Shown: positions 43,949-54,917 of the stretch, one piece after another
How positions within the stretch are numbered: position 1 is the stretch's first letter
Layout: every line of letters begins with the position of its first letter
NCBI GenBank assembly: GCA_963733675.1
Contig: CAVTET010000004.1
Span: 192,001-256,000, forward strand
Source of the DNA: an uncultured Methanosarcinaceae archaeon
GTDB lineage: Archaea; Halobacteriota; Methanosarcinia; Methanosarcinales; Methanosarcinaceae
Direction: 5' to 3'
Length of the DNA stretch: 64,000 nucleotides
Translations under genes and position numbers: made by a program
The notes under the pieces: generated by a model
The model's database searches: none
The model's input: the letters and a program-made list of their open reading frames with translations, nothing else
What the model was told of the DNA's origin: nothing

Positions 43949-45074
43949 TTACAGGGATCCTGGCGTTATCGAGTAAGTATTCAGCCAGTTGCTTTTTAAG
44001 TTTCATGTACTCTACATCAGAGAGACCAATTGTGTTTAACGCACCATCCCGGAGCCAGCATGGCTTGGTGATTTTACAACACCAAACGAGGCTTCCGAAG
44101 CAGGTATCTCCTCCAAACTCCAGCATAGTTCCCTTCGCAAAGTCAAACTTCGTCTTGGTAAATTCTTCTGCTGTATAACCTAATTTTCGGAATTTTTCGT
44201 GCACAGGGCAGGGTTTAACAGGAAGGCAACAAAAAGCCAGAGCTCTGAAGTCACCGTCACTGCAAACATGCTTAGGAGCATTATACCAGCCAATGGATCG
44301 CTGATAGGAACTAACGCTTTCTACTAGCTCCCTTATAAGTTTAGGATTCTGCACGACTCCCCTAGCAACAGATACCATGTCAGCACCGCGGGAAAACATA
44401 TCCTTTGCTCCCTCAAAATCAGTGATCGAGTTATTACCTATCAGGAAGAGCCTTGTAGCATCCCTGTAATTACTGATCGCATCAAGGTCAGCCCCAAAAC
44501 CATCTAGGCTGGCATCAGAGTGTATTATGTCAGCACCTGACTTCTCTATGAGCCTTACGAGCTCGATGTCATTAACAACATTTGACCTCACTTTTACTGA
44601 AAGTACGACTCCAGTCTCCTTTATCGCCTTGATCCAAGTAGAAAGTCGTGGAAAATCATGGAGAAGAGCTTCTCCGATTCCTACATCTAGCATTTCTGGT
44701 TGCCTGCAATGGGCATTTAACTCAAGGATTGCTTCCTCTTCTTTTATGAGTTTTGCAGCTTCGATAAGGGGTTCGAGTTTAGTACTTCTGACATTTACCG
44801 CGACTGCACTTTCGGACATGGTTGCACGAATTTCCTTTTTTATAAGTGCCATGGGTTCATCGGAGATGAACTCTTTTCTACCCATAGCCACTAGATCTGA
44901 TGCAATAGTAATTGAAACTTTATCCAGATTGAAAGCTCCAAGAACTACCAGACCTGCATTACTTGCATACTTATTAGCAAAACCGCTATCTACGATCCCT
45001 GCCATTGAAGCTAGTGCGATAGGATTTTTAAAACGAACATAGTCAATATGCAAATCGAACAGACAATCACTCAT
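43935..45074 (-). CDS. Methanogenesis marker 9 domain protein (Dus-like TIM barrel plus Cys-rich C-terminal domain)
   Basis: ELNAHCRQ; C-terminal GDFRALAFCCLPVKPCP ... TCFGSLVWCCKITKPC. Confidence 0.85.
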   Translation of the reverse strand: MSDCLFDLHIDYVRFKNPIALASMAGIVDSGFANKYASNAGLVVLGAFNLDKVSITIASDLVAMGRKEFISDEPMALIKKEIRATMSESAVAVNVRSTKLEPLIEAAKLIKEEEAILELNAHCRQPEMLDVGIGEALLHDFPRLSTWIKAIKETGVVLSVKVRSNVVNDIELVRLIEKSGADIIHSDASLDGFGADLDAISNYRDATRLFLIGNNSITDFEGAKDMFSRGADMVSVARGVVQNPKLIRELVESVSSYQRSIGWYNAPKHVCSDGDFRALAFCCLPVKPCPVHEKFRKLGYTAEEFTKTKFDFAKGTMLEFGGDTCFGSLVWCCKITKPCWLRDGALNTIGLSDVEYMKLKKQLAEYLLDNARIPVNESH

Positions 45075-45370
45075 GTTTTACCTCTTAAAAATAAACCTGA
45101 AAACTGACAAAAAATAATATTCATTATCAGATATCAAAAAGTAATGATAATTTTCTTTCGACAATCCTTGAAAAATGGAAAAATCCATCTATAACTTACG
45201 GACAATAATACATATATATTAATATTTTGATGCATTCAAATTCATAAGTTTATATCAAGTACAAGGAACTTATGTAACTTCATAAGCTGACCTGGTAATA
45301 GAATCAAAATATCACAACATTATTGTAAAAATATCCTGCTTATCAACTTTGGAAATGCATGTTCCCAAAA

Positions 45371-45390
45371 AGATATATATACCTATAAAT
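45371..45390 (+). promoter_or_regulatory. Putative TATA promoter for rnpB
   Basis: AGATATATATACCTATAAAT about 25-40 nt upstream of the RNA 5' end. Confidence 0.5.
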
Positions 45391-45413
45391 ATCAATGCCA
45401 ATTGATAATTAAC

Positions 45414-45781
45414 ATGCGAGAGTGGCTGGACGGCTGACGGGCCTTCTGGTCTGAGGAAAGTCTCCCCACCACTCCGAACACACGAACATCTGTAAAGGAT
45501 GTCGGGCGAGAGCCCAGGCTCTGGCACAGAAACGAGAACCATGCCCTGAAAATGCGATGATACATACGTTGAGGTCTCAGGGAAAGTGGATGAAACGGCG
45601 AATCCTCGTGGGTGCAAGTTGAAAATCGGGAATAAAGAGCAGTTCGGAATCTCCCGGTTTTATTTGGAAACGCATAGCTGAATGCCGTCACTGCAAGAGT
45701 CCTCAAGGACCTTTTCCTACACTGATGGGTGGCAGAAAATTTTTGCAGGAACAGAAGGGAGCTTATGAGCCTCACTCGCAT
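45414..45781 (+). ncRNA. rnpB: RNase P RNA
   Basis: GAGGAAAGTC, CAGAAA, GTGCAAG and ACAGAAGGGAGCTTA conserved blocks; complementary ends ATGCGAG / CTCGCAT. Confidence 0.96.
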
Positions 45782-46024
45782 AAAATTATCCTAAATTATT
45801 TATTATGTTCTAATTAACCTTAGAATTCATTGCTTTCCCATCATTTATTGGCTCTCGCTATTTCGAGTAGGCAATATATTGTGGTGTCCGCTTTAACTAT
45901 AAATTCAAAGTCAAATTTTGGTGTACTGCTTATAATTAGATTCTTCGGATTGTGAAATATATCTACTTTAGAACTTATTGAGATTTGTGATTTCAAAGAA
46001 AATTGTGTACGCTGCATAATTTAT

Positions 46025-46111
46025 GAGGGTTTCGATAAACTCATTAATTAAGTCATATGCTTATAAATTGCATGTAAATGACTAGTGAAAATCAGAGGTT
46101 GATCGAGACTC
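46025..46111. mobile_element. ~90-bp MITE, family A, copy 6 (reverse)
   Basis: GAGGGTTTCGATAAAC ... GTTGATCGAGACTC. Confidence 0.8.
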
Positions 46112-46285
46112 TTAATAGTCATTTCCTTGATTGTGGGTGCAATACATATAATATTTGAAAACATTAGTTTGTGGAATACCACATTCAAGCTCGATATCAT
46201 CTATTTTGTGTAGTCATCTTCAACTGAACAATTGTTCTCAACCCACAAAAACAGAGAAAAGCCATTTCTTTTAGTTTTAGGGATT

Positions 46286-47425
46286 TTATTTTGGAGGCAT
46301 GTTCAGCCAGAAAAAATTAAGCAATAACCACTGGACATAACCTTTATAATTTCTATTGATCACTACTTCATCCAGATATTTTTCAAGAATTTCCCTGTTG
46401 CTAACGGCCAATTTGAAAGAGATTTCTGGAAAATGATGCATTACCTTCTCCAACTTAAGAGAACTGGCAAGGTAGTTCCCAAACTCCCGCCTACATCTTG
46501 ATTCGTATTTTTGGATGTAATTTAACTTCCTGCCATACATAATAATTCCTGCAATGGTCTCCGCAGCAAGTTGTCCGGATCTAATAGCATAGGCTATGCC
46601 TTCTCCTGAAAAAGCTTCTACAAACCCCGCAGCATCACCGCTAAGAAGAAGTCTTGAATTTATTGTTTTTCTTGCTATTCCACCTACCGGGATAATATGG
46701 GAACGAATAGGAAAATTGCCAGTAAAACCATTTTCCTCCATAAAATCCAGCATTACTCTTTTCGGATTTTTAAAATATTGAGCTATTCCCATGACTCCTA
46801 CAGAATAGTATCCTGCATGAGGAAAAATCCAGCCATATCCTCCCTGGACAATCCCGAAATGAATATCTAGAGTGCCTGGGCACTGACTCTGTATTGCCTC
46901 ATCCTCATCAGTTATTTCTGACACAAGACCAAGACAGTATTCTGTTCTTTTATCTTTTGATCTAACTTTGTATTTAAGAGATCCATCTGAGCCTTCTGCA
47001 ATCAGAACAAATTTCCCAAGATAGGTGTTGGCCGTGGTCCTTACCTCAACAAAATCTTTTCCTTCAATACAATCTAGAACCCTTTCTCCGGTATGAACCT
47101 CAATTCCAGTTTCTTTAGCTTTTTCTAACAGAAAATAGTCAAAAACCGTTCTGGAAATTAATAAAGCTAAGTTGCCTTCCTTCTCTGCCTCTACAAAACC
47201 GTCACTAAAATGAATCTTTACCTTTGAAATATATCTCTCAACCACATACTCAGGAAGACTGAAATCTAGGCAAGATAAACCATATGACGAAAGAGCACCC
47301 CCACAAGATTTGTACCTCGGAAAATGTTCTTTTTCAAGCAGAAGAGTGGAAAGTCCCTGTTTTCCAGCTATCCTTCCGGCAGATGCTCCTGAGGGTCCTC
47401 CTCCTACTATAATAAGATCATACAT
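46286..47425 (-). CDS. Geranylgeranyl reductase family FAD oxidoreductase
   Basis: GGGPSG, PRYKSCGG, GYGWIFP and GDAAGFV...GEGIAYA motifs. Confidence 0.92.
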   Translation of the reverse strand: MYDLIIVGGGPSGASAGRIAGKQGLSTLLLEKEHFPRYKSCGGALSSYGLSCLDFSLPEYVVERYISKVKIHFSDGFVEAEKEGNLALLISRTVFDYFLLEKAKETGIEVHTGERVLDCIEGKDFVEVRTTANTYLGKFVLIAEGSDGSLKYKVRSKDKRTEYCLGLVSEITDEDEAIQSQCPGTLDIHFGIVQGGYGWIFPHAGYYSVGVMGIAQYFKNPKRVMLDFMEENGFTGNFPIRSHIIPVGGIARKTINSRLLLSGDAAGFVEAFSGEGIAYAIRSGQLAAETIAGIIMYGRKLNYIQKYESRCRREFGNYLASSLKLEKVMHHFPEISFKLAVSNREILEKYLDEVVINRNYKGYVQWLLLNFFWLNMPPK

Positions 47426-47443
47426 CTTGAAACACCTACTTAA

Positions 47444-48566
47444 TTACATGAGTTTAAAGTTTAGAAGACACCACTGTAGAGAATCCTTATAATTAAGCCT
47501 GAAATCTACAACCTCGAAGTACTTATCAACCATTTTTTCATTGAAAGTAAAAATTTTGAATTTTCGGTCTGAAAAACAATGAATTATCTTGGAAAAAATC
47601 AGCGAGTACTTAAGGTGATTCCCTAACTCTATCTTGCAGAGAGACTTATATATGCCTAGATCTTTGAGATTTCCACAACACAGGCAAATTCCTGCGATCA
47701 CTTCAGACGCAAATTGCCTTGGTATAATGGCATCTGTTAATTTTTCACCTGAAAAAGTATCTACAAATCCGGCAGTTTCCCTAACGATGAGACATCTAGA
47801 GCCAGTAGCTCTTCTTTTAATTATACCTCTTAGGATCCTATGGCCATGAATTTCATACTTGCCGAAAAAATCATTTTTCCTTAGGAAGTCAAGGATGGAT
47901 TTTGTAGGATATGAGAAATACTTGGCAACCCCGCTAATTCCAACAGAATAATAGATTTTGTGTGGAAAAATCTGGCCATAGCCACCTCCAGCGATCCCAA
48001 AATAAAGTTCTAAATTATTATCCAGACGCTCTTTAATTTCGTTTTCTTTAGCAGATAATTCTGTAACTACACGCATCCCATATTCCTACTGATATATTCA
48101 GGTCTCACGCATTTTTTGACTACCCCCTAGGCTCCTTCGACAACGACCACAAATTTTGCATGGTATACTTCTTTTTAGTCTTTACTTCAATATGAGTGAC
48201 CATTTCCTCGCAGCAAAGAACTTTCTCCTTTGTATGGACTTCAATTCCAGTTTCTTTTGCCTTTTCAAAAAGAAAAGTATCAAATCCGTTCCTGGAAATA
48301 AGAACAGATAATCGATGCTTTTCTTTAGCTTTGATAAACTGTTCCTTGAAAAATAACTTTGCTCCTGTTATTTCCCGCTCAATAATTTTGGGAGGGAGGT
48401 CGAAGTCGAGATTAGAAATAGAATGTTCTGAAAGCTTTCCATCACAGGGTTTGTATCTAGGAAATTCTTCTTTCTCAAACAATAGTGTATTCAGGCCAAG
48501 TTTTCCTGCCCTCCTCTCAGCCGAGGCTCCGGAAGGAGCGTCATCTATGATAATTAAGTCATACAT
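47444..48566 (-). pseudogene. Second geranylgeranyl reductase family gene, frameshifted
   Basis: Split into 48120-48566 and 47444-48076; motifs degraded to DDAPSG, GYGQIFP and RETAG. Confidence 0.88.
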
Positions 48567-48608
48567 TAAAATAGTTATGTTTTACCTGAGTTATTTTGTA
48601 AAGAGCCC

Positions 48609-49229
48609 TTAGTTCTTAAAAGTTTCAAAAATATTTAGAACCTTCTGATAATTCACTTCTGTCCCGAAGCAGCCGTCCCTTTCCATAGAAATACCGTAGC
48701 TTACAATTTTTCTACCTTTGAGAGCACGCATAACTTTATTGATTTCATAATCACAGGCGATTAGAAGGACACCATCAGCAGCTTCAATTTTAAGAATATT
48801 TTTGATGTAGGAAGAACCTGTAAGAATAAATAATTTATATCCATATTTCTCGGAGTCTTTCTTCAAATTGGTATAAACACATTTGCCACAGTAGTTACAC
48901 TGGATTCCTGTCTGTGTGGTGTGGGCTATGCAGTCGAGATTCCGCATACAATGGGGAGCCAGAAGAACCCTTTTTTTGGTTTTTGCAAAAGCAGATTTAT
49001 ATGCCCTATTTTTCAAAGATGCCATCCATTTGTCTAGAATGCGCGTATCTGAAAACTTAAGGAAAAGTTGCCTGAGAGGCAAATAAAAAAAATCGAGTAT
49101 ATTTGCAAAAAAACCTGCTAAATAAACGCTTCTTTTAAGACTTTGTTTGCTGACGACCAGAGCAATGCTCGAGAGAATAAAGGATATTATTATAAAAAAG
49201 AAAAGTACCTTACCAATAGTGCTATACAT
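48609..49229 (-). CDS. DUF116 family protein
   Basis: Likely start ATG 49229 (MYSTIGK); LAPHCMR..C..C..CGKC and IAC motifs. The longer ORF-track call overlaps the neighbouring gene. Confidence 0.85.
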   Translation of the reverse strand: MYSTIGKVLFFFIIISFILSSIALVVSKQSLKRSVYLAGFFANILDFFYLPLRQLFLKFSDTRILDKWMASLKNRAYKSAFAKTKKRVLLAPHCMRNLDCIAHTTQTGIQCNYCGKCVYTNLKKDSEKYGYKLFILTGSSYIKNILKIEAADGVLLIACDYEINKVMRALKGRKIVSYGISMERDGCFGTEVNYQKVLNIFETFKN

Positions 49230-49857
49230 TGCACATCTCCATTTTTTGAATAATCTCTTCAACATTAGCTTCAGTATTGAAGCATCCATCTTTGCGAAGA
49301 AGAACACCCTGAACAGAAACAAAAGATACAGCTTGCATGTTTTCAGCAAGCTCGTTATAACAGGCAACCCCCAGACAAGCTTCAGGCATATACTCATTAA
49401 AAATTTTTTTGACGAAACTTCCTCCTGGAACCACAAAAACCCGAAAGTTACATCTATAAGCGGCATCGCAGAGTTTTGAGATATCACATAACCCACAATG
49501 TTTGCACTCATATCCAAAAACGGGATCACACCTGGCCTTGCAGCTGGGATGCCGCAAACATTGTGGAAGAAGCAAGATCCTCGTACCTTTTGTATGCAAA
49601 AAATCATCAAACATAACAGCATTTCGGATATCAATGAGTATATCATCAACAAGTGTATCCCTGATCCGAAAAACTTTACAGAGCCATTTTGCAGGAGAAT
49701 AGAAAAGATAAAGTGTGAACAGCACGAATCCCGGAAAAATGATTTTGTGGTTTTTAAACGAGTAAGCTCCTAAAAGCAGAGCAATTCCTATACCTGTAAG
49801 AGCAAAGAATATGAAGTATATGAATATTTTTCCAAGAAATTCGTAAGGAATCTCCAT
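49222..49857 (-). CDS. DUF116 family protein
   Basis: LLPQCLRHPSC..C..CGLC, PGGS and GVAC motifs; N-terminal TM helices. Confidence 0.87.
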   Translation of the reverse strand: MEIPYEFLGKIFIYFIFFALTGIGIALLLGAYSFKNHKIIFPGFVLFTLYLFYSPAKWLCKVFRIRDTLVDDILIDIRNAVMFDDFLHTKGTRILLLPQCLRHPSCKARCDPVFGYECKHCGLCDISKLCDAAYRCNFRVFVVPGGSFVKKIFNEYMPEACLGVACYNELAENMQAVSFVSVQGVLLRKDGCFNTEANVEEIIQKMEMCNV

Positions 49858-50214
49858 ATTCAAGGGGACGAAAGTATCGCTATTTAAGCTTTACTATATA
49901 ACCTTAGTTTGATAGTATGATATTAATTTGGATGAAACACTATATTTTAGTCAAAATTTATGTGGCAACATTCAAAAATTAATTGCCTAGACTAAATTTA
50001 TTCATTTCTCCAAAATATGAAAATTTCCTTTCAACATAAAGATCAAGCTGGCAAATTAGGGATATATGTCAAATTATTTAGAGTCATGTAACTATAAAAA
50101 TTAGGAGACATTTTAGTTAATTCACTAAATTTACTGAAATTAAAAAATGTTATATTATTTTCAGACTTGATTTATTTAATTTTTATGAAGTAAACTTTTA
50201 TTTCGTCTTGCTTT

Positions 50215-50465
50215 ACGATTTCTGAATATAGTGTGTTATTGGACAAGATGTCAAACTTCCGATGAATAGATAAAACCTTTTACGTGATTCTCTAAAAATA
50301 CATTTTTTCCAGCTTAGGATAAAGCTTAAAATGTCTGTAGAAACTCCCTCCTTTCAATTATTGAATTGCATCTGATCGAGAGTTGCTTGATGGAATTCCA
50401 CGAATAAGTTAACGTGATCTTTTTACATTTCTATAACATGAATTTTTTAACCTGCTTCATCGCAA
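50215..50465 (-). pseudogene. IS200/IS605 tnpA relic
   Basis: Minus-strand KIHVIEM*KDHVNLFVEFH...LKGGSF...KLYPKL. Confidence 0.6.
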
Positions 50466-50816
50466 ATAGTGATACAGATCTAGATGCAATCTTTTTTAAT
50501 TTATTCATTTTAGAGAATTTCGATAAATATCTACACTACATCTATAATTCGGCACCCACACTATGTGATAGATAATCTGACCGTAGAACTGGCTAAAGCT
50601 GTTTAATTCTAATGAGTATCATATCCCGGTAAGAGGTGGATGCCACCACCTTTGATCATGGGAGCAAAAAAAACTCATTTTCAAAGAAGTTATGTTTTAA
50701 AGAGTTAAACGAGAACAAAAAAGTGAGAGTTCACATTATCTTTATCTACGGGGTAAAATAGTCTTGACCTCCTGCACCAGAAGCATGAAAATAAGCCAAA
50801 ACTATTCACTAAAAGT

Positions 50817-50837
50817 AAGGGCTGGAGATCCAGCCTT
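50817..50837. terminator. Hairpin downstream of hdrD
   Basis: GGCTGG-AGAT-CCAGCC stem about 14 nt past the hdrD stop. Confidence 0.5.
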
Positions 50838-50850
50838 CGCATTCTTTCGT

Positions 50851-52083
50851 TTAATCCAGTTTCAGACCTAAAGCCTGTGCAACCAGCTCAATGACATCTT
50901 CAACATCGATGTCAGCTTTCATAGAGTCACGGCCATCCATCAAGTTTCTCTTACAAAATGGACATGCACTTGACAGGATATCTGCTTTGGTTTCGAGAGC
51001 ATCCTTAACTCTGGACTGTGCAACACCATCTGCAAGATCAGGGATACCAGCCTTTACGCCACCACCGGCTCCACAACAACGCTGAAATTCTTTGATCCGT
51101 TCCATTTCAACGAACTTAACGCCCGGAATGTGAGTAAGCACATATCTAGGCGCATCATATACGCCTACATGGCGACCCAGGTGACAGGGATCATGGTAAG
51201 TAATTGTCTTATCAATAGACTTTTCCCATTTAATTTTTCCCTGCTTTATCAGGTCTGCAAGGAACTCAGTGATATGAACAACCTCAAAAGGCAGTTCTTT
51301 GCCGAGAAGTCTTGGCCAGTCTACTTTTGCAGCACGGAAACAGCCTGAACATGCGAAGAGGACTTTTTTAGCACCCTTTTTCATGATGGCTTCTACATTG
51401 TGTTTTGCAACTTGAAGAGGCATCATATCATTGACATGTGCCTGGCCTGTCCTGATTAGAGCAGAACCACAGCACCATTCATCTTCCCCAAGCATAGCAA
51501 ACTCAATGCCTAACTTATTAAGCACACGTGAGGTAGCAAAGGCCAGAGTGAGCTGCTTGTACCCTGCAGTACAGCCAGTGAAATAGACAATGTCTGATTT
51601 GTCTTCAATTTTCACATCATCAGGAACCCAGGCAAGTCTGTCTTTCTGGTCAAGCAGGTAAGGGTTATGGTACTGACCAATAAGTTTCGGGAACATATTC
51701 TGCTTTCCGTACGGGCCAATACCTTTCTTGACAAGGTTTGCCCTCAGGGCTTCCCAAAGTTCTACTGTGTTGATGCCTGATTCACAGACAGTACCACATA
51801 TACCGCAGGTTGTACAGCTGTGAACATCATCTTTAAACTCCTCAAGTTCCGACTGGGGGATTTCTTGCGGACCAAAGAGCTTTGCTCTGATTCCATATGA
51901 TTTGTTCATATACTGCCTCCAGCGTAGGATCTTGTCTCTGGGAGCTAAGCCCGGTTTCCCATCGGTGGCAGCATAAGTTGGACACCATTTAACACATTCA
52001 CCACAGCGTGTGCAGGAGTCTAGCTCCATAAGTTGAACTGCGGTAAGATTCTTCGTATCAATTGAAGGGGTACGTTTTGCCAT
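50851..52083 (-). CDS. hdrD: Membrane-bound heterodisulfide reductase subunit D
   Basis: Two [4Fe-4S] motifs plus two CCG domains; start MAKRTP at 52083. Confidence 0.95.
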   Translation of the reverse strand: MAKRTPSIDTKNLTAVQLMELDSCTRCGECVKWCPTYAATDGKPGLAPRDKILRWRQYMNKSYGIRAKLFGPQEIPQSELEEFKDDVHSCTTCGICGTVCESGINTVELWEALRANLVKKGIGPYGKQNMFPKLIGQYHNPYLLDQKDRLAWVPDDVKIEDKSDIVYFTGCTAGYKQLTLAFATSRVLNKLGIEFAMLGEDEWCCGSALIRTGQAHVNDMMPLQVAKHNVEAIMKKGAKKVLFACSGCFRAAKVDWPRLLGKELPFEVVHITEFLADLIKQGKIKWEKSIDKTITYHDPCHLGRHVGVYDAPRYVLTHIPGVKFVEMERIKEFQRCCGAGGGVKAGIPDLADGVAQSRVKDALETKADILSSACPFCKRNLMDGRDSMKADIDVEDVIELVAQALGLKLD

Positions 52084-52087
52084 TTTT

Positions 52088-52870
52088 TTATTCGCCTCCT
52101 TTGTTTGCAAGAATTGCAAGTGGTGTAGCGATTACATGAATGTATTTACTATATGGAACGTATGCAATGCAGAAGAGCAGGGAAATCACGGAATGGAATA
52201 GAGCTGCAGGCGGAGCTGATGCTGGATTAAGTCCAAAGCCCCAGATAATGTCGTTCCTAATACCATCTGCAATAAAACCAGTGATCGTGATTATGAAAAC
52301 TCCTGCGAGAAGAAGCCAATCATACATTATGGAAACTTGCCTGACTTCTGTAACAAAAAGTCTTCTCAATATTGCAATGAGGACTCCTATAAGCAGGATG
52401 TACCCGAAAACGTAGTTTGGGAAAGATAGAATATCTCTAAATTCAGCAGGTGTGAATGGCAGCACGATTCCTAATTTTTCGGTCATTTCGACTGTAAACA
52501 TCATCCCTGACAGAGAAAAGAGGCTCATCCAGCCTGCAAAAATACAGAAATGCATGAACCAACGAAAAGGACTCCTTTTAAGAATTCTTCTCTGGAAGAG
52601 GATATCAAGAATTAGAACCTCTAAGATAGGCTTTCCATGTCCATGATGAGTCACTTCAGTGACCTGTCTCCACCATGTTTTTAAGAACCTGATAGCACTC
52701 CCCTTCTGCCCTACCTGAGGTTCAAGGGCATAACCTGTTACTCCGGACCCCCATTTCTGTAGGTTACTTATCATACCATATAAGAAAATCACAATAGCTA
52801 TTGTGCTGAATATCATTATCTGAACAAACGTCATCTTGACTGTTTCTGAGAGCCCAGAATAGTATGCCAT
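52088..52870 (-). CDS. hdrE: Membrane-bound heterodisulfide reductase cytochrome b subunit E
   Basis: Multi-TM, RWFMH and PYSKYIHV motifs; directly upstream of hdrD. Confidence 0.95.
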   Translation of the reverse strand: MAYYSGLSETVKMTFVQIMIFSTIAIVIFLYGMISNLQKWGSGVTGYALEPQVGQKGSAIRFLKTWWRQVTEVTHHGHGKPILEVLILDILFQRRILKRSPFRWFMHFCIFAGWMSLFSLSGMMFTVEMTEKLGIVLPFTPAEFRDILSFPNYVFGYILLIGVLIAILRRLFVTEVRQVSIMYDWLLLAGVFIITITGFIADGIRNDIIWGFGLNPASAPPAALFHSVISLLFCIAYVPYSKYIHVIATPLAILANKGGE

Positions 52871-53228
52871 TTCAATGCTAATAGTCTATTCCTCCTATAT
52901 ATAGGTCAAAAACTAATAACTAATGTTACTCCTAAAATTATCATGTTATAAAATGGAAATAACAGTAAATACAGAGTGATAACCGTAGCAACTGTCTGCA
53001 TAAGGTTTGCATAGTCTGTTAGTCTTTGTATTTATTATATTTAAACGTTATCTTTAATTTACAATACATCGAAAAGCTCGCAAGAGCCACGAAAATTATT
53101 TACTTGGAACTAATCGAACAGAAAGAAAAGAAGGAAAATAAACAAGGATAATTATTAAATTATACTATTAAAAGATATAGATATAATCATGGAATTTTTG
53201 TCGGAGGAACATCAGAAATTAGTTTAGA

Positions 53229-53305
53229 AATAATTTGGATAAACTCTGTGCATTGAAGCATTAGAGAGTTTAAATCTCTTAATATAAATTATCCTGAGAG
53301 ACACT
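53229..53305 (+). mobile_element. IS5-like left-end relic (family A terminus)
   Basis: AATAATTTGGATAAACTCTGTGCATTGAAGCATTAGAGAGTTTAAATCTCTTAA resembles 16636-16700. Confidence 0.55.
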
Positions 53306-53321
53306 CTACAAATTCAGTGTC

Positions 53322-53450
53322 ATGCTTTCTGAAATGGGCAGCATCGAAGAAGCAAATCAAAAGTACGAAAAAACGCTTGAAATTTATACTGAACCCTTCA
53401 ATACCGGACCATAGGCGAGAAATCAAATTTGATAATTAAACTCATCACGT
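53322..53450 (+). pseudogene. TPR-protein fragment
   Basis: LSEMGSIEEANQKYEKTLEIYTEP resembles a TPR helix pair. Confidence 0.5.
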
Positions 53451-53814
53451 TTGTCATCGGTTAACTAACTTTATGCACAAATTCGAATATTAAGTGTAGT
53501 GATTTTCCGACTCGCACTATGAATTAGTATACTTCACTATATATCACTCTTTAATTTTATTCTTCCAGCTATGATAGTATTCTACTTCATGCTTCTCATG
53601 TGATCTAGTATTATCACACAGATACGATTCCGTGAAAATCGCTGTTTCATACTCCAGTACGATAGCTGTAAAATAATGCAAAAAGGACACAGGCTTTTAA
53701 ATTAAACCTGCTAATTCTCTTGAATTCTTGGAACATTTCGAGTCATTTCTACATTGCCATCAGAATACATATGTTAAAATATAATCTGTGTATATACTTT
53801 ATTGGAGATTCCTT

Positions 53815-54423
53815 ATGGAAAAATACAAAATGTCAGGATACATAAAAGATCCAGAGGCACTACACCTGTACGTGAGGGATATTAGGATCTTGACACCGAA
53901 GGATTACGAAACCTTAAAAGCTCTAATCCCGAAAGACTCCCACAAAGCAGTACTAGACATTCTTTTAATCACAGGTATGCGGTATGCTGAGATGCTTAGG
54001 CTTTACGACCACAGAGAATGGTATAATGATAAGCGGAATATAATCCACCTACCTGAAGGAGCTCAGAGGAAACATAAAAGAAGACAGCTTGAAAGAACTA
54101 TCCATCCACTACCTAGCATGTTTAACTACATTCTCAGAGATTTTTGGGAGGGGAAAAGACCGCCTCTAGAGCCTACATGGAACAAGAATATCCAAAGATG
54201 GGCTATGAATGCAGGCATCAATCCATATGGGTTTTCAGCTAAAACTACACGGAAAACTATAGAGTCATGGATGATCGCCGCTGGAGTTATTGAATCCACT
54301 GTGTGTTTGCGCCAGGGACACGATTCACTTACTTCAATGCGCCATTATCAGGGGCTCGCTTTTTCTGACGATGAGATAAGAGGTATCAAAAAGCAGTTAA
54401 CAGCTTGGGGCTTAATGAGATGA
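53815..54423 (+). CDS. Short tyrosine recombinase/integrase family protein
   Basis: TGMRYAE (R), KTTRKT (K-x-x-R) and QGHDSLTSMRHY (H, Y); GGAGA before ATG 53815. Confidence 0.85.
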   Translation: MEKYKMSGYIKDPEALHLYVRDIRILTPKDYETLKALIPKDSHKAVLDILLITGMRYAEMLRLYDHREWYNDKRNIIHLPEGAQRKHKRRQLERTIHPLPSMFNYILRDFWEGKRPPLEPTWNKNIQRWAMNAGINPYGFSAKTTRKTIESWMIAAGVIESTVCLRQGHDSLTSMRHYQGLAFSDDEIRGIKKQLTAWGLMR

Positions 54424-54687
54424 AAACTAAAAGCGCAGAGTATGATAGAATCTGTGATCCAGCCACCAAACCTAAAATTGTGAGAAAACTAAATTAAGAT
54501 CAGGAACTGGAAAGAGGATATGAAATTGTAACAAGTATAAATCAAATTTCACGATTCCAAAGATAAAAATGAAAGAGCGATCCGCAAATAGTCGATTGTC
54601 CAAAGGGTTGATCAAATACATTAAATGCCCGAAGATTAACAGATTTGAGCCAGCCAGGGCCTATAATAAAGCCAAGAAAATATTTAA

Positions 54688-54775
54688 GAGGATATCGATA
54701 AAACTCTGATTTTCAAGAGTAAATTATACCCCATTTATAAGAATACTACGAAATACGGGATTTATCGAAATCCTC
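54688..54775. mobile_element. ~90-bp MITE, family A, copy 7
   Basis: GAGGATATCGATAAAA ... ATTTATCGAAATCCTC. Confidence 0.85.
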
Positions 54776-54917
54776 TTTATAACCACTCAATTAGATATCG
54801 GATTTTTTAGAAATTCTCTTGAAACTTATCAGCCAGATTAAATGTCTCTGACTAGACTGAAAGGATCCAAAGGAAGAACCTATTATTTTTAACTTCTTAA
54901 TGAAGTAATTCTCCAAG

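Noticed and set aside
45312-45781. Minus-strand ORFs of 101 and 129 aa
   Set aside because: They are antisense shadows of the RNase P RNA gene.
48609-49652. 347-aa ORF as a single protein
   Set aside because: The 5' part overlaps the neighbouring DUF116 gene in another frame; the likely start is 49229.
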